DNA of 61,627 nt, filler included. It is 5 parts of 5 records of this genome, joined end to end, with 100 filler letters (N's around TTAATTAATTAA, not from the genome) between each part and the next. Parts side by side here need not be neighbours in the genome. Positions count along the whole stretch, not along the records: positions 49,797 to 61,627 come from SRR31156797_4290; 4 more parts are not named here. One strand, written 5' to 3'. The position numbers and the translations under genes are program-made. Shown here one piece after another: positions 52,164-61,064 of the stretch. Position 1 is the first letter of the stretch. Every line of letters starts with the position of its first letter. The notes beneath the pieces were generated by a model. The model was not told the DNA's origin and searched no databases. It worked only from the letters and a program-made list of their open reading frames with translations.

Positions 52164-53354
52164 TCAGACGTTCCCGCCTTCAAGCAGATCCCGAAACTCG
52201 TCGGAAATCCGATCGCCTTCAGCCAGGTTGGCCAGAAGTCGGCTGCCCACCGCCGCCGGTGCAAAGACCAGGTCCGCCCGGGCCAGCTTGAGTCTTCGAA
52301 TGGCGTTGATGGCGTTGGCCACCGCCAACACCCGTACTTCCGGGTTCAAGTCCTTGGCCAGCAGGGTAATAAAGGCGTTATCACCGTCATTATCCCCCGC
52401 AGCGATAACCATCACGGCTTTTCGAATACCTGCCTTCAGCTGTACCGCCTCATCGGTGGGATCTCCCATAATGTCGTCTTCCCCGGGTGGCGCTGCATTC
52501 TCAACCCGGCTTCTGATGCGGATGAAAGAAAGCTTTCTTTTTTCCAGCTCCGCGGCGGTATTGGCGGCAATGGTACCTTCCCCAGCCAATATAATGTGTT
52601 TTTCCAGTTTCATTCGGCCTCCTTCAGGATTTAGAATGTGGCCCAGCCTTTTCGTAATGGCCGGTCCCAGAACGGATGCAATGGCGGTGGCGAAAACACT
52701 CAACCCCACAACCAAAAGCGATACAACAAACAAACGGGTTTCGGGCGTGGTGGGTGAGATATCACCATAGCCGACGGTGGAAAGGGTTATAATGGTGAAG
52801 TAAAAAGACGTGGTCAAGTCATGAACGGCCGGTTTGAAGCCATTCCCAAGCAGATAGCTGCCGAAGGTGCCGTAAGCCAGAATGGAGAAAATACCGGTCA
52901 AGGAGATGGTGTAGTTGGCCAGTTTGGTCTGGCGGTTAAAATAACGCCTGAGCGGTATCATCACCAGCAGCATCCCACCCGGATAAATAATCCACGCGCC
53001 CCAGTGTTGCTGGACCAGGTTTACCCCCAGGGTTATCAGTAGAAGGATCACTGCAAAGGACCAGGCGGTGGTGAGCTTCCTGAACAGCCCGAAACCCACC
53101 AGCACAAGACCCGCACCCAGGATGGCCTGGGTGCTGCTCCCCAAAATGGCGAGAGACTTTTCCAGTCCCATGAATGGGCTGATCTGACTGAAGGGCAAAT
53201 GTTCGGAAGTGAGGCTTCTCAGGATATTCAACGCGCCGCCCGCCACAATGGCGGCCGCCACGGGCCAGTGAGGCCAGAATCCCCAAAGCCATCTGAAAAA
53301 ACGGCGCCATCGGCCGGGACGGACAGGATTTGAGGCTGTTTTTTTCCGGGTCAT
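52164..53354 (-). CDS. Kch-type potassium channel with RCK domain
   Basis: Selectivity filter 'TVGYGD', several N-terminal TM helices, C-terminal RCK ('GDPTD', 'DGDNAFITL.AK', 'ADLVFAP'). Confidence 0.9.
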   Translation of the reverse strand: MTRKKTASNPVRPGRWRRFFRWLWGFWPHWPVAAAIVAGGALNILRSLTSEHLPFSQISPFMGLEKSLAILGSSTQAILGAGLVLVGFGLFRKLTTAWSFAVILLLITLGVNLVQQHWGAWIIYPGGMLLVMIPLRRYFNRQTKLANYTISLTGIFSILAYGTFGSYLLGNGFKPAVHDLTTSFYFTIITLSTVGYGDISPTTPETRLFVVSLLVVGLSVFATAIASVLGPAITKRLGHILNPEGGRMKLEKHIILAGEGTIAANTAAELEKRKLSFIRIRSRVENAAPPGEDDIMGDPTDEAVQLKAGIRKAVMVIAAGDNDGDNAFITLLAKDLNPEVRVLAVANAINAIRRLKLARADLVFAPAAVGSRLLANLAEGDRISDEFRDLLEGGNV

Positions 53355-53365
53355 GGGTTAAAACC

Positions 53366-53971
53366 CTACTCCAGCTTGCTTTGAAGGGATTGCAGGGTAA
53401 GTTTCAGGCACTCTTTCAGGGTGGCGCCGACCCCCTGCCCGTTGAAGGCGCTGGCGGAAAAGGAGGGGACCTGCAGCTGCCGGTTCAGGTCTTTCTCCAT
53501 ACTTTCAAGCGACAGCAGGCGGATCCCCTCTTTATCAAGATCCCTTTTGTTGTACTGAAGGACCAGGGGGATTTCTGAAATTTTCAAGCCGTATCCGCTG
53601 AGGTTCTTCTGAAGGTTCCGTAACGACAGGATGTTGTGTTCGCGCCTTAAAAGAAGGGAATCGGCCACAAAGACCAGTCCGTCAACGCCCCGCAAAACCA
53701 CTTTTCTTGTGGCATCATACCGCACCTGTCCGGGAACCGTGTACAGCTGAACCCGCACATCATACCCTCGTATCTTTCCGAGCTTCAGGGGTAGAAAATC
53801 AAAAAAAAGGGTGCGGTCTCCCTTTGTATTGATGGAGATCATTTCACCGGTGGTCTGCTTCCGGTAGGTTTTAAAAATGTATTCCAGGTTGGTGGTTTTG
53901 CCTCCTCGACCGGGACCATAGAATACGATTTTACACTCCATCTCTCGGGTCTTGATGTTCAGGTTGGCCAT
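53366..53971 (-). CDS. mglA: MglA family small Ras-like GTPase
   Basis: 'KIVFYGPGRGGKTTNL', 'DRTLFFDFL', 'YTVPGQ', 'VFVADS', 'QYNKRD'. Confidence 0.92.
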   Translation of the reverse strand: MANLNIKTREMECKIVFYGPGRGGKTTNLEYIFKTYRKQTTGEMISINTKGDRTLFFDFLPLKLGKIRGYDVRVQLYTVPGQVRYDATRKVVLRGVDGLVFVADSLLLRREHNILSLRNLQKNLSGYGLKISEIPLVLQYNKRDLDKEGIRLLSLESMEKDLNRQLQVPSFSASAFNGQGVGATLKECLKLTLQSLQSKLE

Positions 53972-54031
53972 GTGATCGGCTCTCCGCATATACGCGCCGC
54001 ATCAATGAACGGCATCGTCAAGATATTCAGC

Positions 54032-54098
54032 ATATTCAAAAGAAACGGAACCCGTCAAGCAACTTCTTGACATGGGAAGTACAACTTACTTCTTGACA
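54032..54098. promoter_or_regulatory. divergent promoter region between mglA and pilB-like gene
   Basis: Direct repeat ACTTCTTGACA at 54062 and 54088 (+ strand); TTGACG...TATGCT on the minus strand. Confidence 0.4.
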
Positions 54099-54266
54099 CC
54101 GATCAATGGTTTTTTTTAGTCTCGGTCTAGTATTGCAGATCATTTTGTATTTCCACGGATTCTTTCACAATCCTGAATTGTAAAGCACGCTCGGGCATGT
54201 AAAATTATCAATGCCGCATGGCATCATTATAATACAACGAACCGGCTGTTGATAAGCGATGGGATA

Positions 54267-56606
54267 ATGGATTTTGATACCGGGATAAAGGAAGCTGAAA
54301 TTTATCGTTCCATGGGGTTACTCAAGGAATCTTTGACCGTTTATGATGAAGTCCTTGCAAAAATCCCAAAAGACGACACCAAGCGTTCGGAATTCATCAA
54401 CAAAACCATCCGAATTCTAAAAAAAGAAATCGAGAGCCGGGAAACCAGCGTCCCCGAGATTTCCCAGGAAGACATTTCGGTTATCAAGGAAGCCATCGCT
54501 GTGGACGGACAAAGCGGCATTCTGGATAATGCCCTGGCTTTCAAGCAGTTGGGGCTCATGAATGAAGCCGTCACTGAATATGAGAAGTTGTTTGAAACAG
54601 ATTATCCCGTAAACAAAATCATTCCGGATTTCGCGGAATGCCTGCTGAATCTGGTTCATCCCGATGAGGCTGTAAAGAGGGTCCTTCACATGGTCGGGAA
54701 ACTGGACCTTCAAGCCAAGCAGCTTGCTCAGATCCGGTTTTCACTGGGACTTCAACTGGAAGATGGAAGACATAAAGATCTGGCCCTTGCACAATATAAA
54801 TCCGCTTCCAAGCTGGATCCCGCGAACCGCGAGATTTCGCAAAAATTAAAACTCGGCATGTCGGCGGTCTCTCCCGGATCCAGATACAGCTATCTCCTGA
54901 AGAAGCGAAGTGTCACCATTTCCCAGCTCCAACAGGCCCTGGCAATTTCCAAAAAGGTGGACAAAAGCGTGGAATTTGTGCTGATCGACCATTTTAAGAT
55001 CAGTCGGGAAACCATCGGCAAATCCCTTTCCGAATTCTATGGTTGTCCATTTCGAAGTTTTGATGCGGAGTTACCGATTCCCGTTGAAATCATCAATAAT
55101 TTAAAACAGGCCTATCTTTTACACACCGGATGGGTGCCCTTAAGCTGGGGCAAAAAGGGTTTGGAGATTCTCATCGATGATCCCAGGGACCTCAGGAAAA
55201 TCGATCAGATTACCGGATTGATGAAAGCCAGCCGAATCGAGTTTTCAGTGGGTATCCGGGAGGATATTGAGAGGTTTATTCAGCATTTCTTTACAACCCC
55301 CCCCGCAACGCCCGATGAAGATATGCTCCAGGAACTGGACATGATTTCTTTTGTCAGCTTTGAGGAAGAGGAGGAGGACGAGGTCGAGGATACGCTGGAT
55401 GAGTCTTCCAGTAAAGTGGTTAAACTGATTGACCAGGTGATCGTCACCGCTTTCAGGAACCATGCATCGGATATTCATATCGAGCCTTCCGTTACTTCAA
55501 AAAAAGTTCACATCCGTTTTCGAACGGACGGGGTATGCCGGAACTATATGGAAGTGCCCCTCAGCATGGCCAGGGGTATGCTTTCGCGGATTAAAATCAT
55601 GGCGGGCCTGGATATCGCCGAAAGGCGATTGCCCCAGGACGGAAAAATCAAATTTAAACGAAAAGGGATCCGTCCTTTTGAACTGAGGTTGGCTACCCTT
55701 CCCACCACAGGGGGGGTTGAATCCGCCGCACTGCGGATTCTGGCCGATCCCGGCGCCATGAAGCTTGCGGATATGGGCCTCAGTGACCGAAACATGGCGG
55801 TCCTCAAAAAAACAATCCTTCAGCCCCACGGATTGATCCTGGCGGCAGGTCCCACAGGTTCGGGGAAAACCACTGCCCTCCATGCGGCCCTCGGGGTTAT
55901 CAATCAGCCGGGCATCAAAATTTGGACGGCTGAAGATCCCGTTGAAATCACCCAGCCGGGCATGAGCCAGGTGGAAGTGAAACCCAAAATCGGTCTCGAT
56001 TTCGCCCGGGTCATGAGATCTTTTCTGAGGGCGGATCCCGATGTGATCATGATCGGTGAGATGCGCGATTTTGAGACCGCATCCATCGCCGTGGAGGCCT
56101 CATTGACCGGCCATCTTGTATTTTCAACCCTGCACACCAACAGCGCACCCGAGACGGTCACCCGATTGCTGGATATGGGGTTGAATACCCTTAATTTTTC
56201 CGATGCGTTTCTGTGCGTTCTGGCCCAGCGGCTCATTCGGCGGCTTTGTCTCGCCTGCCGAAAGGGGTATCATCCCCCAGAGGAAGTGTATGATGAGATT
56301 GTAAACGATTACGGCATTGAACATTTCAAGGGAACGGGGATCGAATATTCCGAAAAACTGCTCCTCTACGCGCCCGTGGGTTGTGAAGAGTGTTCACAAA
56401 CCGGGTATAAGGGACGAATGGTGATTCATGAACTCATGGAAGGCACGCCCCGGATTAAACAAATGATAAAAGAGCGGGCAAACCCTGAGATTCTTTTGGC
56501 ACAGGCTTTGAAAGAAGGGATGACAACGCTGAAGCAAGATGGTATTGAAAAAGTGTTTAAAGGATTGACAGATATCAGTGAGGTACGGCGGGTCTGTATC
56601 AATTAG
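54267..56606 (+). CDS. PilB/GspE family secretion ATPase with N-terminal TPR-like region
   Basis: 'ASDIHIEP', 'LDIAERRLPQDG', 'GPTGSGKTT', 'AEDPVE', 'LRADPDVIMIGEMRD', 'TGHLVFSTLHTN', Zn motif CLAC...CEEC; N-terminal helical repeats. Confidence 0.92.
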   Translation: MDFDTGIKEAEIYRSMGLLKESLTVYDEVLAKIPKDDTKRSEFINKTIRILKKEIESRETSVPEISQEDISVIKEAIAVDGQSGILDNALAFKQLGLMNEAVTEYEKLFETDYPVNKIIPDFAECLLNLVHPDEAVKRVLHMVGKLDLQAKQLAQIRFSLGLQLEDGRHKDLALAQYKSASKLDPANREISQKLKLGMSAVSPGSRYSYLLKKRSVTISQLQQALAISKKVDKSVEFVLIDHFKISRETIGKSLSEFYGCPFRSFDAELPIPVEIINNLKQAYLLHTGWVPLSWGKKGLEILIDDPRDLRKIDQITGLMKASRIEFSVGIREDIERFIQHFFTTPPATPDEDMLQELDMISFVSFEEEEEDEVEDTLDESSSKVVKLIDQVIVTAFRNHASDIHIEPSVTSKKVHIRFRTDGVCRNYMEVPLSMARGMLSRIKIMAGLDIAERRLPQDGKIKFKRKGIRPFELRLATLPTTGGVESAALRILADPGAMKLADMGLSDRNMAVLKKTILQPHGLILAAGPTGSGKTTALHAALGVINQPGIKIWTAEDPVEITQPGMSQVEVKPKIGLDFARVMRSFLRADPDVIMIGEMRDFETASIAVEASLTGHLVFSTLHTNSAPETVTRLLDMGLNTLNFSDAFLCVLAQRLIRRLCLACRKGYHPPEEVYDEIVNDYGIEHFKGTGIEYSEKLLLYAPVGCEECSQTGYKGRMVIHELMEGTPRIKQMIKERANPEILLAQALKEGMTTLKQDGIEKVFKGLTDISEVRRVCIN

Positions 56607-56663
56607 AAACGAAACACGGAATAAACATCAGGCCACTGCTTTCCAATCGAACCGAGGTCTTAC

Positions 56664-57470
56664 ATGCCGGAGAATGCCTTAATTGTTGATAACGATTTCT
56701 TTTTTGTGAAATTTCTGGGAGATTTGCTGAAGGAGAGGGGCTACCATGTGTTTCAGGCCTTTGACGGTAAACAGGGCCTGGCAGTGTTGGAAGACCAAAG
56801 GGTGGATTATGTTTTCGTCAACATTATCATGCCCAGGATTGACGGCAAACAATTTATTAATTTCATACGCGAGAAATATTCGGATGCCGAGTTTTCAATC
56901 ATCGGCGTGTCGGATTCCATTATTGAATTGCGGGAATTACAAAAAGATGTGGGCGCGGACTATTATCTCCAAAAACAGCCCATTGAAAAAATGATTGCAT
57001 ATGTGAGTAAATTCATGGAGTTCGTTGAAGGCGCCCCTTTTCTTTCACCGTCGGACAAAGACCTGTTTGATCAGGAAAAGGTTTTTCGCCGGCAGGCGAC
57101 GGTTGATTTGCTGGAGTCCTTGAGTTTTCAGCAGGGGATCGTTGAAAGCGCCGGAATGGGCATCATTGTGGTTGAAAGAGACGCCAGAATCGTCTTTGTC
57201 AATACACTTGCCCTTGAAATCCTGAATCAACCGCTCTCAGCAATTTTATCGCGTCGTATAATATCGGTTTTCCCATCAACTGAAAAAAAGAAAATACTGA
57301 CCGGGCTCAAGATGGTGGCACGAGACACACAACTGAAGCGGAAATCCTTTACCGTTATCATGGATAACACCGCCATCCGGATAACGGTTTCAATCCTGAG
57401 AGTGGATGGGGAAATCGAAGGTTGGGTTTTGATACTGGGGACTAAAGATCCCCTCAAGATAATTGATTAA
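56664..57470 (+). CDS. atypical receiver domain plus PAS domain protein
   Basis: REC fold 'LIVDND...VFVNIIMPRIDG...GADYYLQK'; PAS 'GIIVVE...IVFVN..ALEIL'. Confidence 0.8.
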   Translation: MPENALIVDNDFFFVKFLGDLLKERGYHVFQAFDGKQGLAVLEDQRVDYVFVNIIMPRIDGKQFINFIREKYSDAEFSIIGVSDSIIELRELQKDVGADYYLQKQPIEKMIAYVSKFMEFVEGAPFLSPSDKDLFDQEKVFRRQATVDLLESLSFQQGIVESAGMGIIVVERDARIVFVNTLALEILNQPLSAILSRRIISVFPSTEKKKILTGLKMVARDTQLKRKSFTVIMDNTAIRITVSILRVDGEIEGWVLILGTKDPLKIID

Positions 57471-57494
57471 TTAGAGAACCCCGGCGCCTATGGA

Positions 57495-57881
57495 TTAAAC
57501 CATTTTATGAATAAGAAGGATTGCCAAAAATACCAGAATTGCCATACCCATGCTCAGAAGCCATATTTTTCCGGATTTTTTGCTCCTTGCCCCTTCCAGC
57601 TGCGTTGATGCTTTTTTTGCAGGCTCCTTTTCAATTTTATGGGGATGAGATACCTTTTTGTGCTGGAGTTCTATGGCGGTTGAATCTTTTTGTTGGGGGG
57701 CTTGAGCGGCGTTAATTCCTTCGGTTGAAAAATTCGCATCCGAAACAGTCGTCCCAACATCTTGATATTCTTCTGAATCAAGAAAATTCAGGGCTTTTTC
57801 TATATCAGCAGCTACATTTTCCTCGGCCGATTGCCCCGTTGCCGCCGCTTTTCCTTCATTTTTGGATTCCGAAATTGACAC
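57495..57881 (-). CDS. hypothetical protein with C-terminal membrane anchor
   Basis: Low-complexity polar body, single hydrophobic segment at the C-terminus; GGAGG before GTG start. Confidence 0.6.
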   Translation of the reverse strand: MSISESKNEGKAAATGQSAEENVAADIEKALNFLDSEEYQDVGTTVSDANFSTEGINAAQAPQQKDSTAIELQHKKVSHPHKIEKEPAKKASTQLEGARSKKSGKIWLLSMGMAILVFLAILLIHKMV

Positions 57882-57981
57882 CCCCCTCCCACAGCCTCAT
57901 CGAAAAAACAAAGCCACACCGTTCTCAAAAATAGTGTTACTGGGCGGTCATGTCAATCGTTTTCAGGTTCTTGAGGAACCT

Positions 57982-58299
57982 TCATATGGGGGGCGCAATG
58001 GTCACTAAAACACGCATCGAGCCTGTAGCCCGTATTCCATGGGGTTCGCTGATATCGGATATGAGAATATCACCCGTTTTGGCGGCAATGGTTTCACCGT
58101 CTTTTGCCAGGAAAAGGCCTTCTCCCTCAAGGACGACGATGCTCAACTGCCCTTCAATATCATGGGAATGAATGGGAAGCTCCTGGCCGGGCTTAAAATT
58201 GAAATTCAGGATCTTGAAATAGGGTGAGTCTTCCACCAGCAGTCGGCTCATATGGAGGTCGTTGAAATCGTTTTCCGAGAAAATATCGACTTTTTTCAT
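57982..58299 (-). CDS. cupin domain protein
   Basis: 'GQELPIHSH', 'VLEGEG', 'EPHGIRA'; downstream of hcp. Confidence 0.88.
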   Translation of the reverse strand: MKKVDIFSENDFNDLHMSRLLVEDSPYFKILNFNFKPGQELPIHSHDIEGQLSIVVLEGEGLFLAKDGETIAAKTGDILISDISEPHGIRATGSMRVLVTIAPPI

Positions 58300-58322
58300 T
58301 CTCTTTCTCCCTTGGGACCATA

Positions 58323-58357
58323 AGGACGCGGGGCCGGTTTTCACGGCCCCGCGTCCT
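58323..58357. terminator. perfect 14-bp hairpin between hcp and cupin (stabiliser or partial terminator)
   Basis: AGGACGCGGGGCCG-gttttca-CGGCCCCGCGTCCT; no long U-tract. Confidence 0.6.
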
Positions 58358-58366
58358 CAATGAAGA

Positions 58367-60031
58367 TTAATTCCCCGCCATCATGGCTTCAATGTCCGCA
58401 GCCACTTCACCGGTGGGTTTAATGTCAAAATTCTCAACCAGCACTTTCAGCACATTGGGGGATACGAACGCCGGGAGTGTGGGCCCCAGGCGGATACCCT
58501 TGACACCCAGATGGAGAAGCGCCAGCAGCACGGCGCAGGCTTTCTGTTCATACCAGCCCACATCGAAGGAAAGGGGAAGATCATTGATGTGATCCAACCC
58601 GAATGCTTCCTGTAATTTTAAGGCAATCACGGCCAGGGAATAGCAGTCGTTACACTGCCCCGCATCCAGCACCCGTGGAATGCCCCCGATATCACCCAAA
58701 TCCAGCTTGTTGTATCGATATTTGGCACAACCCGCCGTCAGAATCACCGCGTCCTTCGGCAGCTGTTCGGCCACCTCCGTGAAATAATTTCGGGATTTAT
58801 GGCGACCGTCGCACCCGGCCATGACAACAAAACGTTTGATGGCACCGCTCTTGACCGCATCCACCACCTTATCCGCCAGGGCGAGAACCTGGTTGCGGGC
58901 AAAACCGCCCACGATCTTACCGGTTTCAATTTCGGTGGGGGAAGAACAGGTTTTCGCCAGATTGATCATTCCCGAAAAATCTTTTGCGCCGCCATCCGCC
59001 CGATCCGGAATATGTACGGCCCCCGGATAACCGGTCAAGCCGGTGGTAAAGAGCCTGTCAAGATATGTGCTGTCTTTCTTAAGGGGTACGAGACAATTGG
59101 TGGTCATGAGGATGGGACCGTTGAAGGATTCAAATTCATCGTTCTGGCGCCACCAGGAACCGCCGTAATTTCCCACGAAATGATCATATTTTTTGAATTT
59201 GGGATAGTAGTTGGCCGGCAGCATTTCACCGTGGGTGTACACGTCCACGCCCGTCCCCTCGGTCTGCTTTAACAGCTCTTCCATGTCTTTCAAATCATGG
59301 CCGCTGATCAAAATGCCCGGGTTTTGGCCTGCGCCGATGTTCACCTCCGTGATCTCGGGATGGCCGTAAGTGGCGGTGTTGGCCTCGTCCAGCAGGGCCA
59401 TGGTATTCACCGCCGTCTCCCCGCACTTCAGCACCAACCCGACCATTTCATCGACGGTCAGGTTTTTGGTGGTGGAAGCCAATGCTTCCATAAAGAACCG
59501 GTAGATGTCATCCTTTTCGTACCCCAGAACCAGCGCATGGTCCGCATAGGCCGCCACACCCTTCAGACCGATAACCAGAAGTTCCCTGAGGGACCGAACG
59601 TCTTCATTCTCAGTGGACAGGATCCCCACCTCTTTGGCCTTATCCTGATAGGTGGATGCATCCTGTGAAGACCAGGTTGCGGCATCCGGCATCGGTTCCG
59701 AAAAGGGTTTTCCATTTTTTTCCCGGTAGGCGGCTTCAAATTTACTTTGCATATCTTCCCTGACCTTCAACGCCGCTTTAATTCGGGCAATAAACCAGTC
59801 ATCATCCCAGTTCACATTGGTAATGGTGGAAAAAAGACTTTCAGCGACAAATTTTCCCGTGTTTCCATCCAGAACTCCCAGTTCAGCGGCTTTTTCCCCA
59901 TAAACGCCGATCCCTTTCAGCACGTGAATGAGCAGGTCCTGCAGATTGGCGGTCTCCTCCGGTTTTCCACACATGCCTTTTACGGTACACCCCTGGTTTT
60001 TCGCGGTTTCCTGACATTGAAAACAGTACAT
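58367..60031 (-). CDS. hcp: hybrid cluster protein (hydroxylamine/NO reductase), class I
   Basis: 'MYCFQCQET....[10 protein letters not shown]', 'SGHDL', 'THGEMLP', 'GCDG', 'GQCND', 'WYEQKA'. Confidence 0.97.
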   Translation of the reverse strand: MYCFQCQETAKNQGCTVKGMCGKPEETANLQDLLIHVLKGIGVYGEKAAELGVLDGNTGKFVAESLFSTITNVNWDDDWFIARIKAALKVREDMQSKFEAAYREKNGKPFSEPMPDAATWSSQDASTYQDKAKEVGILSTENEDVRSLRELLVIGLKGVAAYADHALVLGYEKDDIYRFFMEALASTTKNLTVDEMVGLVLKCGETAVNTMALLDEANTATYGHPEITEVNIGAGQNPGILISGHDLKDMEELLKQTEGTGVDVYTHGEMLPANYYPKFKKYDHFVGNYGGSWWRQNDEFESFNGPILMTTNCLVPLKKDSTYLDRLFTTGLTGYPGAVHIPDRADGGAKDFSGMINLAKTCSSPTEIETGKIVGGFARNQVLALADKVVDAVKSGAIKRFVVMAGCDGRHKSRNYFTEVAEQLPKDAVILTAGCAKYRYNKLDLGDIGGIPRVLDAGQCNDCYSLAVIALKLQEAFGLDHINDLPLSFDVGWYEQKACAVLLALLHLGVKGIRLGPTLPAFVSPNVLKVLVENFDIKPTGEVAADIEAMMAGN

Positions 60032-60134
60032 GGTGTTTCTCCTTTGCTTTAAAGATTATGATTGATATTTCGGCCTAATCGGTTCGGGTTGTCCATGATT
60101 TGTCTTCACAATACAGCAGCCATACACCCATTAC

Positions 60135-60150
60135 TTTGACCTAAGTCAAA
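60135..60150. promoter_or_regulatory. CRP/FNR-family (HcpR-like) operator upstream of hcp
   Basis: Perfect palindrome TTTGAC-CTAA-GTCAAA about 105 nt upstream of the hcp start. Confidence 0.75.
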
Positions 60151-60177
60151 AGGAATCATATTTTTCGTAAAAGTTCA

Positions 60178-60220
60178 CAGGGTGCAGAAAATTCAGCTTC
60201 GAATTTCATCCTGCACCCTG
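60178..60220 (-). terminator. hairpin downstream of the yeeE genes
   Basis: CAGGGTGCAG...CTGCACCCTG with an inner AAATTC/GAATTT stem. Confidence 0.5.
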
Positions 60221-60248
60221 ACAACTGTCCTCTGCACCCTTTGAAACA

Positions 60249-61064
60249 TCAACACCCCTCATCTTCCACGATCCTGAACCTGCCGGAGGTTTTGGATTTT
60301 TCCACGGGGACTCCCTTTTGTTGAAGGTTTGGAGACTCTTTTTCCTTGGATGGAAAAGGTGTTGAAACCGGTTTTTGTTCATACAGCCCTTTGGGGTAAC
60401 CGAGCGCAAGAACCAATCCCAAAAGGATCAGGGTCCCGGAAGCAAATATTTTCACATTCCGGGAACCTTTGGGCAACTCATCCGGGTTTCCGAATTTTTG
60501 CTCCACACGCTCCGCAACCGCATAAGCGCTCAAGGCCATGAGGCAAACCAGCAGTGCGACCACGCCGGGTCTGAGATTCAAAAAATCGGGCAACCGAACG
60601 GCACCCATGCTGCCGGCCTCATAAAATCCCCCAAGCAAAGGGAAAAGTTCAGCAAAAATAATGGATCCCAATCCCATACCCACGATAAATATCAAGCCGT
60701 CCAGTTTTCCGGAAACCGTTGCCACGATGGATGTGGTGGGGCAGTACCCCCCCATGACAAATCCCACACCCAAAATGAGTCCCCCTGCAATCTGGGGCCA
60801 GATATAGGTGGGTAAAATATACACGCGGGAAAGATCCATCCAGCCGAACAGGGAAAAATACAGAAGTCCCAGGACGCACACCACAATGGCCGTAAACATG
60901 ACCTTTAGAACGGCAAAGTCCCTGAGATAAAAGATGGCGGTGAGTTTTCGGGCATCACCGAATCCGGCCCTCTCCAACACAAAACCGAACAGAAACCCCA
61001 CAAGACCGGCAATTTGCAGGCTGTAGGCAAAATCAAACCAACCGAGTTTATAGAGGGGCCCCAT
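60249..61064 (-). CDS. YeeE/YedE (TsuA-like) sulfur compound transporter, second half
   Basis: 'FGFVLERAGFG', 'KVMFTAI', 'GGYCPTT'; ATG at 61064 coupled to the upstream TAA. Confidence 0.9.
   Translation of the reverse strand: MGPLYKLGWFDFAYSLQIAGLVGFLFGFVLERAGFGDARKLTAIFYLRDFAVLKVMFTAIVVCVLGLLYFSLFGWMDLSRVYILPTYIWPQIAGGLILGVGFVMGGYCPTTSIVATVSGKLDGLIFIVGMGLGSIIFAELFPLLGGFYEAGSMGAVRLPDFLNLRPGVVALLVCLMALSAYAVAERVEQKFGNPDELPKGSRNVKIFASGTLILLGLVLALGYPKGLYEQKPVSTPFPSKEKESPNLQQKGVPVEKSKTSGRFRIVEDEGC

Noticed and set aside
52054..52770. 238-aa plus-strand ORF
   Set aside because: Antisense to the K+ channel RCK region; no motifs.
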